Part shown: piece by piece, positions 9,004 to 19,200 of the stretch
How the letters are laid out: every line of letters starts with the position of its first letter
How positions within the stretch are numbered: position 1 is the first letter of the stretch
Position numbers and translations under genes: made by a program
Notes under the pieces: generated by a model
Seen by the model: the letters and a program-made list of their open reading frames with translations, nothing else
Told to the model about the DNA's origin: nothing
The model's database searches: none
DNA from: a virus
DNA: 64,000 nucleotides
IMG/VR virus record: IMGVR_UViG_3300022200_000033
Coordinates: 1-64,000 of that record
Reading direction: 5' to 3' (one strand)

Positions 9004-9450
9004 TTACTCACAGATATAAGAAAAGTTCATATGGAATTTATCATCTTCATCAATTCCAATTGGTGAGTTGAAATCAAATGGTTCATCTAAAGATGCGCTA
9101 TTTATAGACCAGATACTGAATTGATTAGACCCATCTTCTAGGTGTCCTTTTATGCTGTAATGGTCTATTCCTTGGTTTACTACCTTATGTATTGATCCCC
9201 CATACACATCTGTATGATATGCAGAATTAATTGGCAAAGTTAGATAGTATTGACCTGATCCAAAATCAGAAACATCAGTAAAGTTTACTTCTATTTGAAC
9301 AGAAACTAATTTTCCAACCTTAACATAAGATCCTGTTGCTGGAGTTCCAGTATAAGATAGTTCTGTTCCTGACCAGATTGGAGAATAATCTTGAATCGTT
9401 CCATCAAGATATCCAATTCCAATAGACTTTGCATCATAAAATCTAGCCAT
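9004..9450 (-). CDS. hypothetical beta-rich protein resembling a tail-fibre C-terminal domain
   Basis: GSYVKVGKLV.V.I...G.Y.LTLP motif seen in fibre tip domains; TAATG-coupled to upstream gene. Confidence 0.55.
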   Translation of the reverse strand: MARFYDAKSIGIGYLDGTIQDYSPIWSGTELSYTGTPATGSYVKVGKLVSVQIEVNFTDVSDFGSGQYYLTLPINSAYHTDVYGGSIHKVVNQGIDHYSIKGHLEDGSNQFSIWSINSASLDEPFDFNSPIGIDEDDKFHMNFSYICE

Positions 9451-9734
9451 TAGAGCCTATTCTCCAAGCCTAGCTTTAGGACTGCAGCTTCTGCTCCATT
9501 GATGTCTGAAATTGCATACAAGGCGTACTTAGGAGGAAGCTCTACGCTCCAAGCAGATCCAACAGCAAGCCTATATCCATAATTGGTTGACGTTACTCCC
9601 TCTCCTCCAAGGTATATGATTGCAGATTCATTAACATTTTGAATTGTAATATCCATTCCTGAATGAACTCCTCGTGGAGTAAGTAGTGTTGCGGTAGTAT
9701 CGTTAAGTGTTACTAATGAGTGTTCTGTAGACAT
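9450..9734 (-). CDS. hypothetical small beta-sandwich protein
   Basis: IQN....IYLGG..VT..GY.L pattern; leaderless promoter. Confidence 0.65.
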   Translation of the reverse strand: MSTEHSLVTLNDTTATLLTPRGVHSGMDITIQNVNESAIIYLGGEGVTSTNYGYRLAVGSAWSVELPPKYALYAISDINGAEAAVLKLGLENRL

Positions 9735-9751
9735 GTTATTATTATATCATC

Positions 9752-10243
9752 CTATTCAAAATCTTTAAAAGAATATTTTTTAATATAATTGATTGTTTTT
9801 TCTAAAATATCTACTCTGTCTTTGCTGTGTCCTAATACAGAATTACAATTAAAACAGATTAGTCCTCTTACACACTTACCACAAGATTTATATCCTGAAC
9901 AGCAAGAGTGGTCGTGATCTACATCAAAATGTCTTTCTGAAGTTATTTGTGTTTCACAAATATCACAAAGTCCACCTTGTTCTAAAAGCATTTGACTATA
10001 CTTATCTATGGTTAAGTTATATGTAGACTTCAAGTACCATTTTCTAGATGATCCTTTTCTTTTTATTTTATTTTCTTTTTCTGACATCTTTCTTTGTTTA
10101 TATTGATCTGGTGAAGCATACCTAGATCTAGAGTATTCATTCTGACATTCAATACAGTATGTACCTAGTCCATCTTTTCTACTTGTATTAGTATAAAATT
10201 CATTATTGTTTTTATTTATTTTACATCTACTGCAAAACTTCAT
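9752..10243 (-). CDS. endonuclease VII-family (HNH) nuclease, probably a free-standing homing endonuclease
   Basis: N-terminal KxCSRC...CxxC; C-terminal Q.G.CDIC...VDHDH...VRGLIC..CN..LG; noticeably more AT-rich than neighbours. Confidence 0.85.
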   Translation of the reverse strand: MKFCSRCKINKNNNEFYTNTSRKDGLGTYCIECQNEYSRSRYASPDQYKQRKMSEKENKIKRKGSSRKWYLKSTYNLTIDKYSQMLLEQGGLCDICETQITSERHFDVDHDHSCCSGYKSCGKCVRGLICFNCNSVLGHSKDRVDILEKTINYIKKYSFKDFE

Positions 10244-10278
10244 ATCATCATTATATCATAAAAATACAAAGACTTTTA

Positions 10279-11502
10279 TTATTCTAGGTCTTTATAAATA
10301 AAGCGACCGCTGTCAAAGTCTACCTGAACATAAAATTCTCCTAAAAAGCCGTTTCTGTTTTTTCTGAAGACGCACTCTAAAACATCGCTATTCGGTGCTC
10401 TTCCTAATGCCAACAAAAAGTCAGCATCATAGGCAATCTGGCGTGACCAAGAAGTTTGACCAAGGGTGGGAACACTATTCATATCGGTTATATCATCTGG
10501 TGTAGCAGAAGAAATCGCTATAAGAGGAATCTGTTCAGAAATAGCAAGCAGTTTTAACTCACGACTAAGATTCTTCATCTTAACTACCTCGCTATCAGTT
10601 TTCTGATTGCTAGTCATAAGATTTAGGTAGTCAATAAAAACAATATCAGGTTTATATTGGTCAATCTTTCCTCGCAATACTGAAGGAGACACTTCTCCCA
10701 GACCATCATTAGAGATGATATTAATACTTGGCTTGCCTTCAAAAGTCTTCTCAGCCCACTTCTTAAACATGTCAATCTCTACCTGACCAGAAGAAAGCTT
10801 CCTGTGACTCCACATACCCTGACCAATGATGGCAAAGATACGATTTCTTACTTCTGATTCAGTCATTTCCAAGGAAACAATTAACGGCGACTTGCCATTC
10901 TTCCAAGCTTGAACAGCGAGATAAAGAGCCATCCAAGATTTACCAATAGCAGGATAAGCCAAAAGGACACCCAACTGACCTGGCGTAATTCCTGCAGGAA
11001 GGTAGTTGTCGAATCCTGCGAGTCCTGTGTAAATTCCATGCGTTCCTGCTTCCTGCATTTTTTTAACGTTCTCAAAGTGAGCAACAGCATTGTCCACATC
11101 AGTAGCATCAAGGTCTCTGACAGTAGATGTAACCCTCTTGATGTTTGCTGTTTCTGTAATCAGATGATCAAGAGCATTAGATGCTTTACCTTCTTGAATA
11201 TCTGTTGCAGCAGATCGTAGCATCATCTTTAGATTATCATTAAGATAGTCTGCCCTAAGTTCTTCTAGGTGATGCTTTGTACTACCTGTATCTGTAACAT
11301 AATCAAAATCAGCAAACTGTTGCTTTACAATATTGATTGGTGGTGATGTTTGGTTTTGCTCATAATAGTTACGAATAAAATCCCAAACATCTCCGTGCGT
11401 TCTTAAAAGAGTATCTACATTTGCTTGAAGCAATACATGCGTTTGCTTATCATTAAGTACCGCCGATAATGTCTTAGCTTCTAGATTACTCAACTCATCC
11501 AC
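10279..11502 (-). CDS. dnaB: DnaB-like replicative helicase
   Basis: Walker A AYPAIGKS, SLEM, FIDYL, KNRNG. Confidence 0.92.
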   Translation of the reverse strand: MDELSNLEAKTLSAVLNDKQTHVLLQANVDTLLRTHGDVWDFIRNYYEQNQTSPPINIVKQQFADFDYVTDTGSTKHHLEELRADYLNDNLKMMLRSAATDIQEGKASNALDHLITETANIKRVTSTVRDLDATDVDNAVAHFENVKKMQEAGTHGIYTGLAGFDNYLPAGITPGQLGVLLAYPAIGKSWMALYLAVQAWKNGKSPLIVSLEMTESEVRNRIFAIIGQGMWSHRKLSSGQVEIDMFKKWAEKTFEGKPSINIISNDGLGEVSPSVLRGKIDQYKPDIVFIDYLNLMTSNQKTDSEVVKMKNLSRELKLLAISEQIPLIAISSATPDDITDMNSVPTLGQTSWSRQIAYDADFLLALGRAPNSDVLECVFRKNRNGFLGEFYVQVDFDSGRFIYKDLE

Positions 11503-11795
11503 TCCTTTGCCATCACACGCCTCTCAGCACGCAATCTATTATCTTCTTCTCTGTCTGCTTTGGATTGTATCAGACGATCCACGTTGTTGGCAAATCCTTT
11601 CCATGTTGGTCTTGGATTTATGTCAAAGTAGTATTCCATGGTTTCATAGATTACATCTCTACTAAACGATTCAAGAAGAGCATCTGCTGCCCATTGCTCA
11701 TTGTACTTATTCATGGTCAATGGGGAGAAACCCTTAGACTTCCAGAGTTTTTCAAATCTACTCAGTAAAGCAAATCTATCTTTACGATCTACCAT
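11490..11795 (-). CDS. hypothetical protein (helicase-adjacent)
   Basis: Operonic ORF; ATG at 11795 preferred over track start. Confidence 0.65.
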   Translation of the reverse strand: MVDRKDRFALLSRFEKLWKSKGFSPLTMNKYNEQWAADALLESFSRDVIYETMEYYFDINPRPTWKGFANNVDRLIQSKADREEDNRLRAERRVMAKEWMS

Positions 11796-11797
11796 GA

Positions 11798-12007
11798 TTA
11801 AAAGTTTGACAAGGTTGCTGTTGCTACAAAAACACAATCCTCATCATATGAAGAATTAAGGGAAAGGACTATTGTAGTATCATCTTCCTTGACTTTCTTG
11901 TCAATTAGCTTTGCCATCTTCTTCAAAGCTTTTCCTGGAGTATCTCCATAAGAACAAACAACGTATGGTCGTTCTCCAAAAGCTACATATGCTTTATTAA
12001 TGCTCAT
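11798..12007 (-). CDS. hypothetical protein
   Basis: ATGA-coupled operonic ORF. Confidence 0.6.
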   Translation of the reverse strand: MSINKAYVAFGERPYVVCSYGDTPGKALKKMAKLIDKKVKEDDTTIVLSLNSSYDEDCVFVATATLSNF

Positions 12008-12201
12008 GCTAGTTCCTCTTTCGCTTGGTTTAGTTTTTCTGTAAGTTGATCTTCTACAAACTTGTAGACACGATCAGATGCTTCCTTAGCACTTTCTCCC
12101 TCTCGTTGCCAATCTGAGATTTGACAGTCAATGCGTAGATTTTGAAAATTACCCGTATTCAATGTGTAACCTAGTCCCCACTGAATTTTTGTTGCTTCCA
12201 T
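12004..12201 (-). CDS. hypothetical protein
   Basis: GAAAGGA RBS; downstream of strong promoter; TLNTGNFQNLRID motif. Confidence 0.7.
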   Translation of the reverse strand: MEATKIQWGLGYTLNTGNFQNLRIDCQISDWQREGESAKEASDRVYKFVEDQLTEKLNQAKEELA

Positions 12202-12230
12202 GAAGATCCTTTCAATAGTTGTTTGTCTTT

Positions 12231-12259
12231 ATTGTACTAAAAAAATCACATAATGTCAA
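12231..12259 (-). promoter_or_regulatory. sigma70/HrdB-type promoter for the helicase operon
   Basis: TTGACA-17 bp-TACAAT on minus strand. Confidence 0.8.
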
Positions 12260-12277
12260 TGCTAAGAAAAACATACT

Positions 12278-12820
12278 CTATATTGTCTCATTGAATATTG
12301 GAATAAATCTTCCATCCTCAGTTTTGGTGTAAAGAAGAATGCCATCTCCCATTGCATAACGCAACTCCTGCTCTGTAGGAGCTTTATTATTTGTTATTAA
12401 TCCGTCTTTTCTTTTAGCACCATGATGTATTTGAGACATGGCTTTTCTTGCTTCCATTATAACGTCTTCTGAGTAATATGACAAGTAGTGCCACGCTCTT
12501 TCTCCATTCGGAAGTTCCCCTATGGGATGGGGAATGACTCCTTTTTTAACTAATCTTGGAATGTGTTTTCTGTGACAGTTTAAAAGCTGTGCCGTTTCTT
12601 TAACTGTAAAGGCACGTTTACGCTTTTTCTTAAACTCAACGATAGTAGTAGTCTCTCTTCTATCTTTTGTTAAATTATGTAATGTTACAATTCCTGCTGC
12701 CCTGCTAGTGTGTTCAATTCTTACAAGGTCTTCGTTTAAGAACCATACCTTTCTTCTTGGTCTTCTTAAAACGGTGATATTGTTGTCGCTGCTCTCTTCT
12801 TTTCCGCTGCTAGCAGCCAT
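12278..12820 (-). CDS. HTH (MerR/excisionase-like) DNA-binding protein
   Basis: FTVKETAQLLNCHRKHIPRLVKKGVIP...YYSEDVI pattern. Confidence 0.7.
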   Translation of the reverse strand: MAASSGKEESSDNNITVLRRPRRKVWFLNEDLVRIEHTSRAAGIVTLHNLTKDRRETTTIVEFKKKRKRAFTVKETAQLLNCHRKHIPRLVKKGVIPHPIGELPNGERAWHYLSYYSEDVIMEARKAMSQIHHGAKRKDGLITNNKAPTEQELRYAMGDGILLYTKTEDGRFIPIFNETI

Positions 12821-12960
12821 TCTGCCTCCTGATTATTCGGTCCCCAGTTATGATAAAACTTTCTGCTGCCACAAACTATACAAAAGGTTTCTATGTGGTT
12901 TTCAGCAGTAAAAGCTCTATCTATAAAGACTCTTCCCTTACACTTTTTGCATATCAGCAT
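12766..12960 (-). CDS. zinc-ribbon protein
   Basis: CKKCKG...CIVCG; preceded by TGATATAAT. Confidence 0.7.
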   Translation of the reverse strand: MLICKKCKGRVFIDRAFTAENHIETFCIVCGSRKFYHNWGPNNQEAEWLLAAEKKRAATTISPF

Positions 12961-12974
12961 GGCGACTAATTATA

Positions 12975-13418
12975 TCATGCAGGTAGACCAATTGCAAAGA
13001 TGTTTACAGATGTACTTACATTTCCAGATGAGTTATACCGAACTATGCCATTTACTGCATTTGTTGTTACTGATGTAATAGTTATTGTAACATCGTTACC
13101 AATGGTGCTTGTTCCTGTATTAACTGGAGTTGCCGTAACAATTGGAATGTATTTAAAGTCTGAAGCAAAGTTTATTGACCATGGTTTTGTTGTGTTTGCA
13201 AAAACAGTTTCATCTGTAACAACATCAACATAACCTGCATAAAACTTTGCATTGTTGTTTTTTAGATCTTGTCTTCCTACCGTTCTGGTATCAACGCTTG
13301 TATAGTTGTATGTTGCTGTAGAGATGCTATCTGATAAATCATTTACAGCATTTGCAATTTGATACAAATATGTTACGTCAAGCGGTTGTCCACGGTCTGG
13401 AAGGGGTACTTTTGCCAT
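12975..13418 (-). CDS. minor tail protein
   Basis: Last gene of tail block; F...F...P.VTAT...AIG C-terminal fibre-like domain. Confidence 0.6.
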   Translation of the reverse strand: MAKVPLPDRGQPLDVTYLYQIANAVNDLSDSISTATYNYTSVDTRTVGRQDLKNNNAKFYAGYVDVVTDETVFANTTKPWSINFASDFKYIPIVTATPVNTGTSTIGNDVTITITSVTTNAVNGIVRYNSSGNVSTSVNIFAIGLPA

Positions 13419-13443
13419 TATATTCTCCTAATCAATTATAGCA

Positions 13444-14241
13444 TTAAAGGGTAGTTATTAAATTGTCATACATTCTAAGAGGATACCCTGTAAAAGATCC
13501 AGTTCCTGATCCAGTAGAGGTTAAGTCTTTCCTATCAGTATCAGTTAATGCATCTTCTATATTATCATACAATGCTATGGTTGTATAATCTATTGTTCTT
13601 GTATAGTAAGTGGTGTTGTTTACAAGTCCACCTATCGGTGTTGCGGATAGATAAAGTCCTGGGGTTCCTGAGCTTGATCCATGAAATGCACCAAAATCAA
13701 TTACATTGTTTAATATATCTACAGTGGTAGAATTCTGAGGAAATTCATAAGTTTGATCGTATCTAATGATTGGCCTTCCTGGTCTATATATTTCTGCATA
13801 CATATATTTTATGCTGCCTCTGGTGATTCCATTGGAATCTACATATTCTGCTGGAATATTTATTCTAACTGACGTTGAATATATTCTTTGATTGTATATC
13901 CAATCACTTGGATTATTTCCACTAGATTGTGCCCACCTAATCCAAACATCATAGTATGGAGTTTCAGATATTCTTTCAAAAGAACCGTCAACAATTTTGT
14001 AAATTATGACAGGACTCCAAGTTAGATCAACAGAATCACTACCAAGCTTATCCAAATACAGGTATCCAGGAGTTTCCAATGTCCCTCTTTGATAAATATA
14101 CTCTGGATCTACTTGAAATATTGGAGACCAGTTTGAAAAGTTATTTTTATTATCTGAAATTATTCTATATCTTACGGCATATTTTCCAGTATAAATATCT
14201 ACTTCTTGAAAAGCTTCCTGAGGAATTGCTATTTGTGCCAT
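13444..14241 (-). CDS. minor tail protein
   Basis: Tail-tip operon position; FN3-like YRIIS..SNWSP and LTWSP..YDVWIRW segments. Confidence 0.6.
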   Translation of the reverse strand: MAQIAIPQEAFQEVDIYTGKYAVRYRIISDNKNNFSNWSPIFQVDPEYIYQRGTLETPGYLYLDKLGSDSVDLTWSPVIIYKIVDGSFERISETPYYDVWIRWAQSSGNNPSDWIYNQRIYSTSVRINIPAEYVDSNGITRGSIKYMYAEIYRPGRPIIRYDQTYEFPQNSTTVDILNNVIDFGAFHGSSSGTPGLYLSATPIGGLVNNTTYYTRTIDYTTIALYDNIEDALTDTDRKDLTSTGSGTGSFTGYPLRMYDNLITTL

Positions 14242-15575
14242 TATCCTACATCCAAATTAAATCTAAACTCGATGTAGTTGTTTGTGTTTGTATATTTGTA
14301 TATAGGCTGTCCATCACTCGTTCTTACTGCTGAGTAACCTACCATTCCATAGATTGGATTTGAACTTGTGGTGTTTTCTATTCTTATTCCTTCTAGTTCT
14401 ACATAGTGAACTGGAGATGTTTTTTGTTCTCCGCCATCTGTATAAACAACTGAGGCAAATATTCTTGCAAGCCTAACCTGTGCAGAACTAAAGTCTGGAC
14501 TAGTTATAAGTTCTGAAATTGGAATCTCTACAACCTTGTACCTGTCTCCAGTAAAGTCTGTTCCATCAATTTCAATTTCTGCTTTTGCATATCCTGATGT
14601 AGTAGATGTTTCATTTTTGTAAAACTCAATCAATATCTTTACATAATCTGGGTCTGTTCCACTTCCTACAGCATCCCTATCGATTAAGCTAAAGGCAAGA
14701 GAGATTAAATCTGATGGAGCATTCTTTGAAATATCAAAGTTTATGGCATTAAGGTGTATGTGTGTTGATTGTGTAAAGGTTACGGTTCCTGTTGTTGCAA
14801 CAGAAGATATTGTTGCAGATGAAGCAAAGGTTATCGTTGTGTCAGTTCTTGCTGTAATTACATGCTCTCCATCAAGATCTACATCAGATATATCAACAAG
14901 TATGGTGTCTCCAATATTAAGCAAATGTGTTGATACTGTAAGAGTCGCTACGGAAGAGCCAGCTTCCTTATTGGTTACAGCGTATGTCGGAGTTTCTGCT
15001 GACCAATTTCCAGCACTTCCCTGGATTACAGAAGAGTCACCCCGAAGAAGTATCTTGGAGTCAAGGAATCTTGGTCCTTCTTTTCTTGTCTTTCTGTCTA
15101 AGTTAGAAAAAACTAAGTTATCGCTCGAAGCTCTAAGTACTTTAAGATCTGTTGTTATATCTCCTCCGCTACCAAGTGGTATGGGTGTTGCAATTTCAGA
15201 GATTGAAGTATTATGTGCTTGCCAGGATTCTGAAAAGTTAAATAAAACCCTGCTGTCAAAGTTTCTTGCTAAGGAATTGCTTCCTGCTGACCATAGTCCA
15301 ATTTCGGTTATTTCATATCTATTTTCTTTTGGAAGCTCTGCTGTTAAGGATACCTTTGTTACTCCATTGTCGTCAACAAATCCTTTTGATGTTATTGGAA
15401 CGCGAGCCATCTCAAAGTCCATCTTTGTTTTTGCCGCTAAAGTTTCTGTAGTTGGGGGAGTATCATTTGCATCTAGGGGAACAGCCCCACAACCAATAGA
15501 TATGTGACTAGCATATGTTGGTACCTGACCCAAAAGATACTTTGAGATAATTTCTTTTCCTGCGTTTGTAATCAT
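14241..15575 (-). CDS. minor tail / baseplate protein
   Basis: MITNAGK...IGCG...EITEIGL baseplate-like N-terminus. Confidence 0.65.
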   Translation of the reverse strand: MITNAGKEIISKYLLGQVPTYASHISIGCGAVPLDANDTPPTTETLAAKTKMDFEMARVPITSKGFVDDNGVTKVSLTAELPKENRYEITEIGLWSAGSNSLARNFDSRVLFNFSESWQAHNTSISEIATPIPLGSGGDITTDLKVLRASSDNLVFSNLDRKTRKEGPRFLDSKILLRGDSSVIQGSAGNWSAETPTYAVTNKEAGSSVATLTVSTHLLNIGDTILVDISDVDLDGEHVITARTDTTITFASSATISSVATTGTVTFTQSTHIHLNAINFDISKNAPSDLISLAFSLIDRDAVGSGTDPDYVKILIEFYKNETSTTSGYAKAEIEIDGTDFTGDRYKVVEIPISELITSPDFSSAQVRLARIFASVVYTDGGEQKTSPVHYVELEGIRIENTTSSNPIYGMVGYSAVRTSDGQPIYKYTNTNNYIEFRFNLDVG

Positions 15576-16198
15576 AGCTCAATCCTTGTCAGTGTTTCAG
15601 AAATAGAAACTTGCACTTCTATATTTTCTTCTGGTCTCATTATATCAATTTCCACAACAAGCCTACCTTGATCGTCAAAGACTGGCTCATACATTCCGCG
15701 TGATATTATGTCAATTGTAGCATTTCTTGTTTCATTTTGTGAAAGAAAGTCTGATTCAATTATGTTGTTTGGGTTAAATCTTTGCCTTAATCTAGAAAGA
15801 TTTGCAATTGGATTATACACCACATTGATGCCATCAATCAAATCGTGTCTAGAAAGATTAATAAGTTCTTGTCCACCAAGCTCTTCAAAAAATCTTTCAA
15901 CAATGTAATCTCCAGTTGTATCTATCTCTGGATCAAGAACAATATCTGGCTGAGCCTGCTTTATACCCCTTGGAGCTTGATAAGTTGATGTTGTTATCCA
16001 TGGATTAGGTGGTGTCGGTGGTGGTGGTGGAGGGGGTGGTGGAGAAGTATCTTTAATAGGTGCAGGAGATGTTTCAACAGGGGGGACATAAGGCTTGTAA
16101 GACACATTACTACCAATAAAAGCGGCATTGGGATCAATGTTTTGCAAAAATCCACCATTAAAGTAAGCGTTCAACTGCTCTTGAGTTAGCTCAGCCAT
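15572..16198 (-). CDS. minor tail protein with polyproline linker
   Basis: Tail operon; PPPPPPPPPTPP tract. Confidence 0.6.
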   Translation of the reverse strand: MAELTQEQLNAYFNGGFLQNIDPNAAFIGSNVSYKPYVPPVETSPAPIKDTSPPPPPPPPPTPPNPWITTSTYQAPRGIKQAQPDIVLDPEIDTTGDYIVERFFEELGGQELINLSRHDLIDGINVVYNPIANLSRLRQRFNPNNIIESDFLSQNETRNATIDIISRGMYEPVFDDQGRLVVEIDIMRPEENIEVQVSISETLTRIEL

Positions 16199-16216
16199 TT
16201 ATATCACCTAACATAA

Positions 16217-19200
16217 TTATACCTCTAGCAAGTATATCGTAGTTGATAGACCTGACGCATCCTTCTTGTATTCCATGTTATAGATAACAAATCTGCTTGT
16301 TTCTGGAGATATAATATCTATTCCTTGACCTTGAGCATCTTTATAATTAATATTAACAATGTCTCCTAATTGAAGATTAGTTGTGCCAAAAGTATTAACT
16401 CCAACTGCTTTTTTAGGAACGGATACCTTGTCGATTACCCATCCAAAAACATCTTCAGCAGCATCAGAAGTTTGAATGTATGGGCTGTCTATCGGTGTAA
16501 ATTGATGAACACCATACTTTATTCTTGAGTTTTTAATCTTATTGTATTCCTCTAACACTCTAAATGGATTTGATATGGTTGAGGATTTTCCAAGATCTGA
16601 ATTAGATAATATTGATTTACTCTTGTAGTAGTCATCAACATTAAGATTATAGGTTGTGTCTTGCGTAAATGCAATTCCTGAAATTCTTAAATAGTTTCCA
16701 GAAGTATCGTCAAGGTTTAGATTAAAGTCGGTACAGTTAAAGATTAAGAAGTCTGCCCCATACGATCCTGCATAGAATCCTGAAACAGAATATCCTTTGA
16801 CCCTATTCATAGTATTCATTAATCTTGCGTAGAGTGCAGGATAGGCCCTATCGTACTTGACATTAAAGTATGCAACTTCTCTTAAAATTGTTCCAAACTC
16901 TTCAAAGTACATTCTATACTTTGGTGGTTCTGCACTACTTATTCCAGAAAGGTATGTCTTTTGGATTATCCCACTAATTGCATACTTTCTTAATGCCTCA
17001 GAAGCATCAACTAGGTCATCACCAAATACCTTTGAGATCCCAGAGTCTACGGTAAACGTTGTGCTTTCTGAATAATTATTGGCTAAAGCATAAACATTCT
17101 CGAACATACACCTGGAAGACCCTCTTGTAAATACCGCCATGTTATTGTACTCTGGCAATGGGTCTATGTCATCTACAGTAGATATTTGCTTTCCATTTAA
17201 ATATAAAAAGAATCTTCTTGCAGATCCAATGTTAATGTACTCTGCAGACATGTCATATACAGTTGTTGAAGATTCTCCAGCCAATCTATTCTGTCCAACA
17301 AACTCTCCACTATCTACGTTTATTTGACCAAGACCAGACCAAAGTCTTACTGGTATAGCAGATCCACTCCCATCTGAAACAATTTTGTAAAAATATATGT
17401 TTGCAATGTTTGTAGCTTCTTGAATAGATTGCGAAGCAACTCCACCCGTGCTTGATGTTGTTGTTAGAGGTGTTGGCGATGTTATCACATATTTAAAAGA
17501 TTTTTTATCTGGAAATATTGATGTAATAGCATATTCTCCATTTAGTGGAGTCCTAGTATTAGTTGGGTCATTTGCATCTACTAGACCAGAGATTAAAACA
17601 CTTTCTCCAACCTGAAAATCAAACTGTCTTTCTGTGTAAACGGTTACTTCATTTGCTACACATGACGGGCTTGGAGATGAAAGAATGTTTGCAACTTTTA
17701 CTCCAGCATTATTGTCAGAAACATAATCCCCAACATTATCAGCAGTTAAAGCTACAATTTCAAAAAAGTATCCATTATTAGTTTCTTTATTTACTCCTAT
17801 CCCAATCCCTCCAGAGCCACCATAGATTCTTACCTGTTGGTCTGGTGCATTCTGAGATACGTTGCTAGAAGATGAATATAGCTCTAATCCAGAAGATCCC
17901 TCAAAAATTGGATAGCCGCCGATAGGAGTTTGAGACTTATCTGTTCCAGACTCCACCTTACCAACAATTCTCATCCTTGTTCCAAAATGCTTGTAGGGAA
18001 TTGCCTCTCCGTTTTGATCAATAAAGTCTTTGTAGACGTAAGAGATAAAGGATGATGCAGGAAGAGCATCTGTAAACTTTGGACCATTTAGTATTAAGGC
18101 AGATGATTGAATAGTTCCTGGTCCAGTTGTTTTATAATAATTTACCTCTGATTCAGTTGCATAACTATCTGCCAGAAAGTTTTTAATAATTCCATTTCTT
18201 GTTGAAGATTCAGAAAAGGAATCCGCATCAATGTATGGAGACGTTTGAATTTTACCAGCAGTTCCCTGTTGAAGGGTGGTTGGATATTCAATATAAGACC
18301 CTGTAGTGAATAGGTATTTTGATGCATCCATTATGCAACCTCGAACATATAAGTTATCTGACCAATAGCTATCGCTACTAAGTCCTGCAGAGTGTGCTGT
18401 TATGGGGGTTCCAAACTGTCCTCTGCCATGTTCTATAATTTCTCCATTTTTAATATTTGTTATGCCATCAATAATTTCATACTCTGGCTTTGTGTATATT
18501 CTTACATTTCCCGTAGGAAACATTTTTCCATTAAAAGTAAGTCTAGAGAAATAATCTTGATACTCTTGATTGCTTGTAACCCACACTGGCTCAATCTCTC
18601 CAGAAACAGAGTACTCTACTGCATCAAACTTAATAACTTCTCCATTTGCATAAAAGTATCCAGAGTATGATGGAATCCAATACACATTCTCTCCAACATC
18701 AATCACGTTGTTGTAAACTGTATTATTTAATGAGTATGGAACCTCTTCTGTTAAGTTTGTGTTTAGTGGTACTGCTCCAAGCGTATATCCTGAGTTCTGT
18801 GCCCCTAGCTGGTTTATTGTTTTTGTTGCTTCTCTTCCTTGAACTTCCCACAAAAGAACGGGCTTGTAGATATACTCTTTGTATTGATCTAGTTTTTGCG
18901 CTGTTGCCGTTGATCCAATAGATCTTTGAATATATCTGGTTGTGTAATTTATTTCACCATCATTGTAGACAAGTTTATCTTGTGAAGAAAGATTGATGAT
19001 GTTTGGAAGATTGTCCCCCTCCACCTGTCCATACATAGTTGTATCGGTTACTCTTTCATCCTCACTGTTTGGAAGCAGGTATTCCTTAGACATTATAACA
19101 AGGTTGTTATATTCATCAAAGAACATTGTTGACTGACTGGCTACCGCTAATTTTTGTAGCATTTCTGCAACATTTTGATCAGGTTCGACAAAGAAATATG

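Noticed and set aside
14743-15507. 254-aa plus-strand ORF (also 59083..59655, 43392..43928, 26581..27045, 35308..35688 and other antisense ORFs)
   Set aside because: Antisense shadows of well-supported minus-strand genes; no RBS or recognisable motifs
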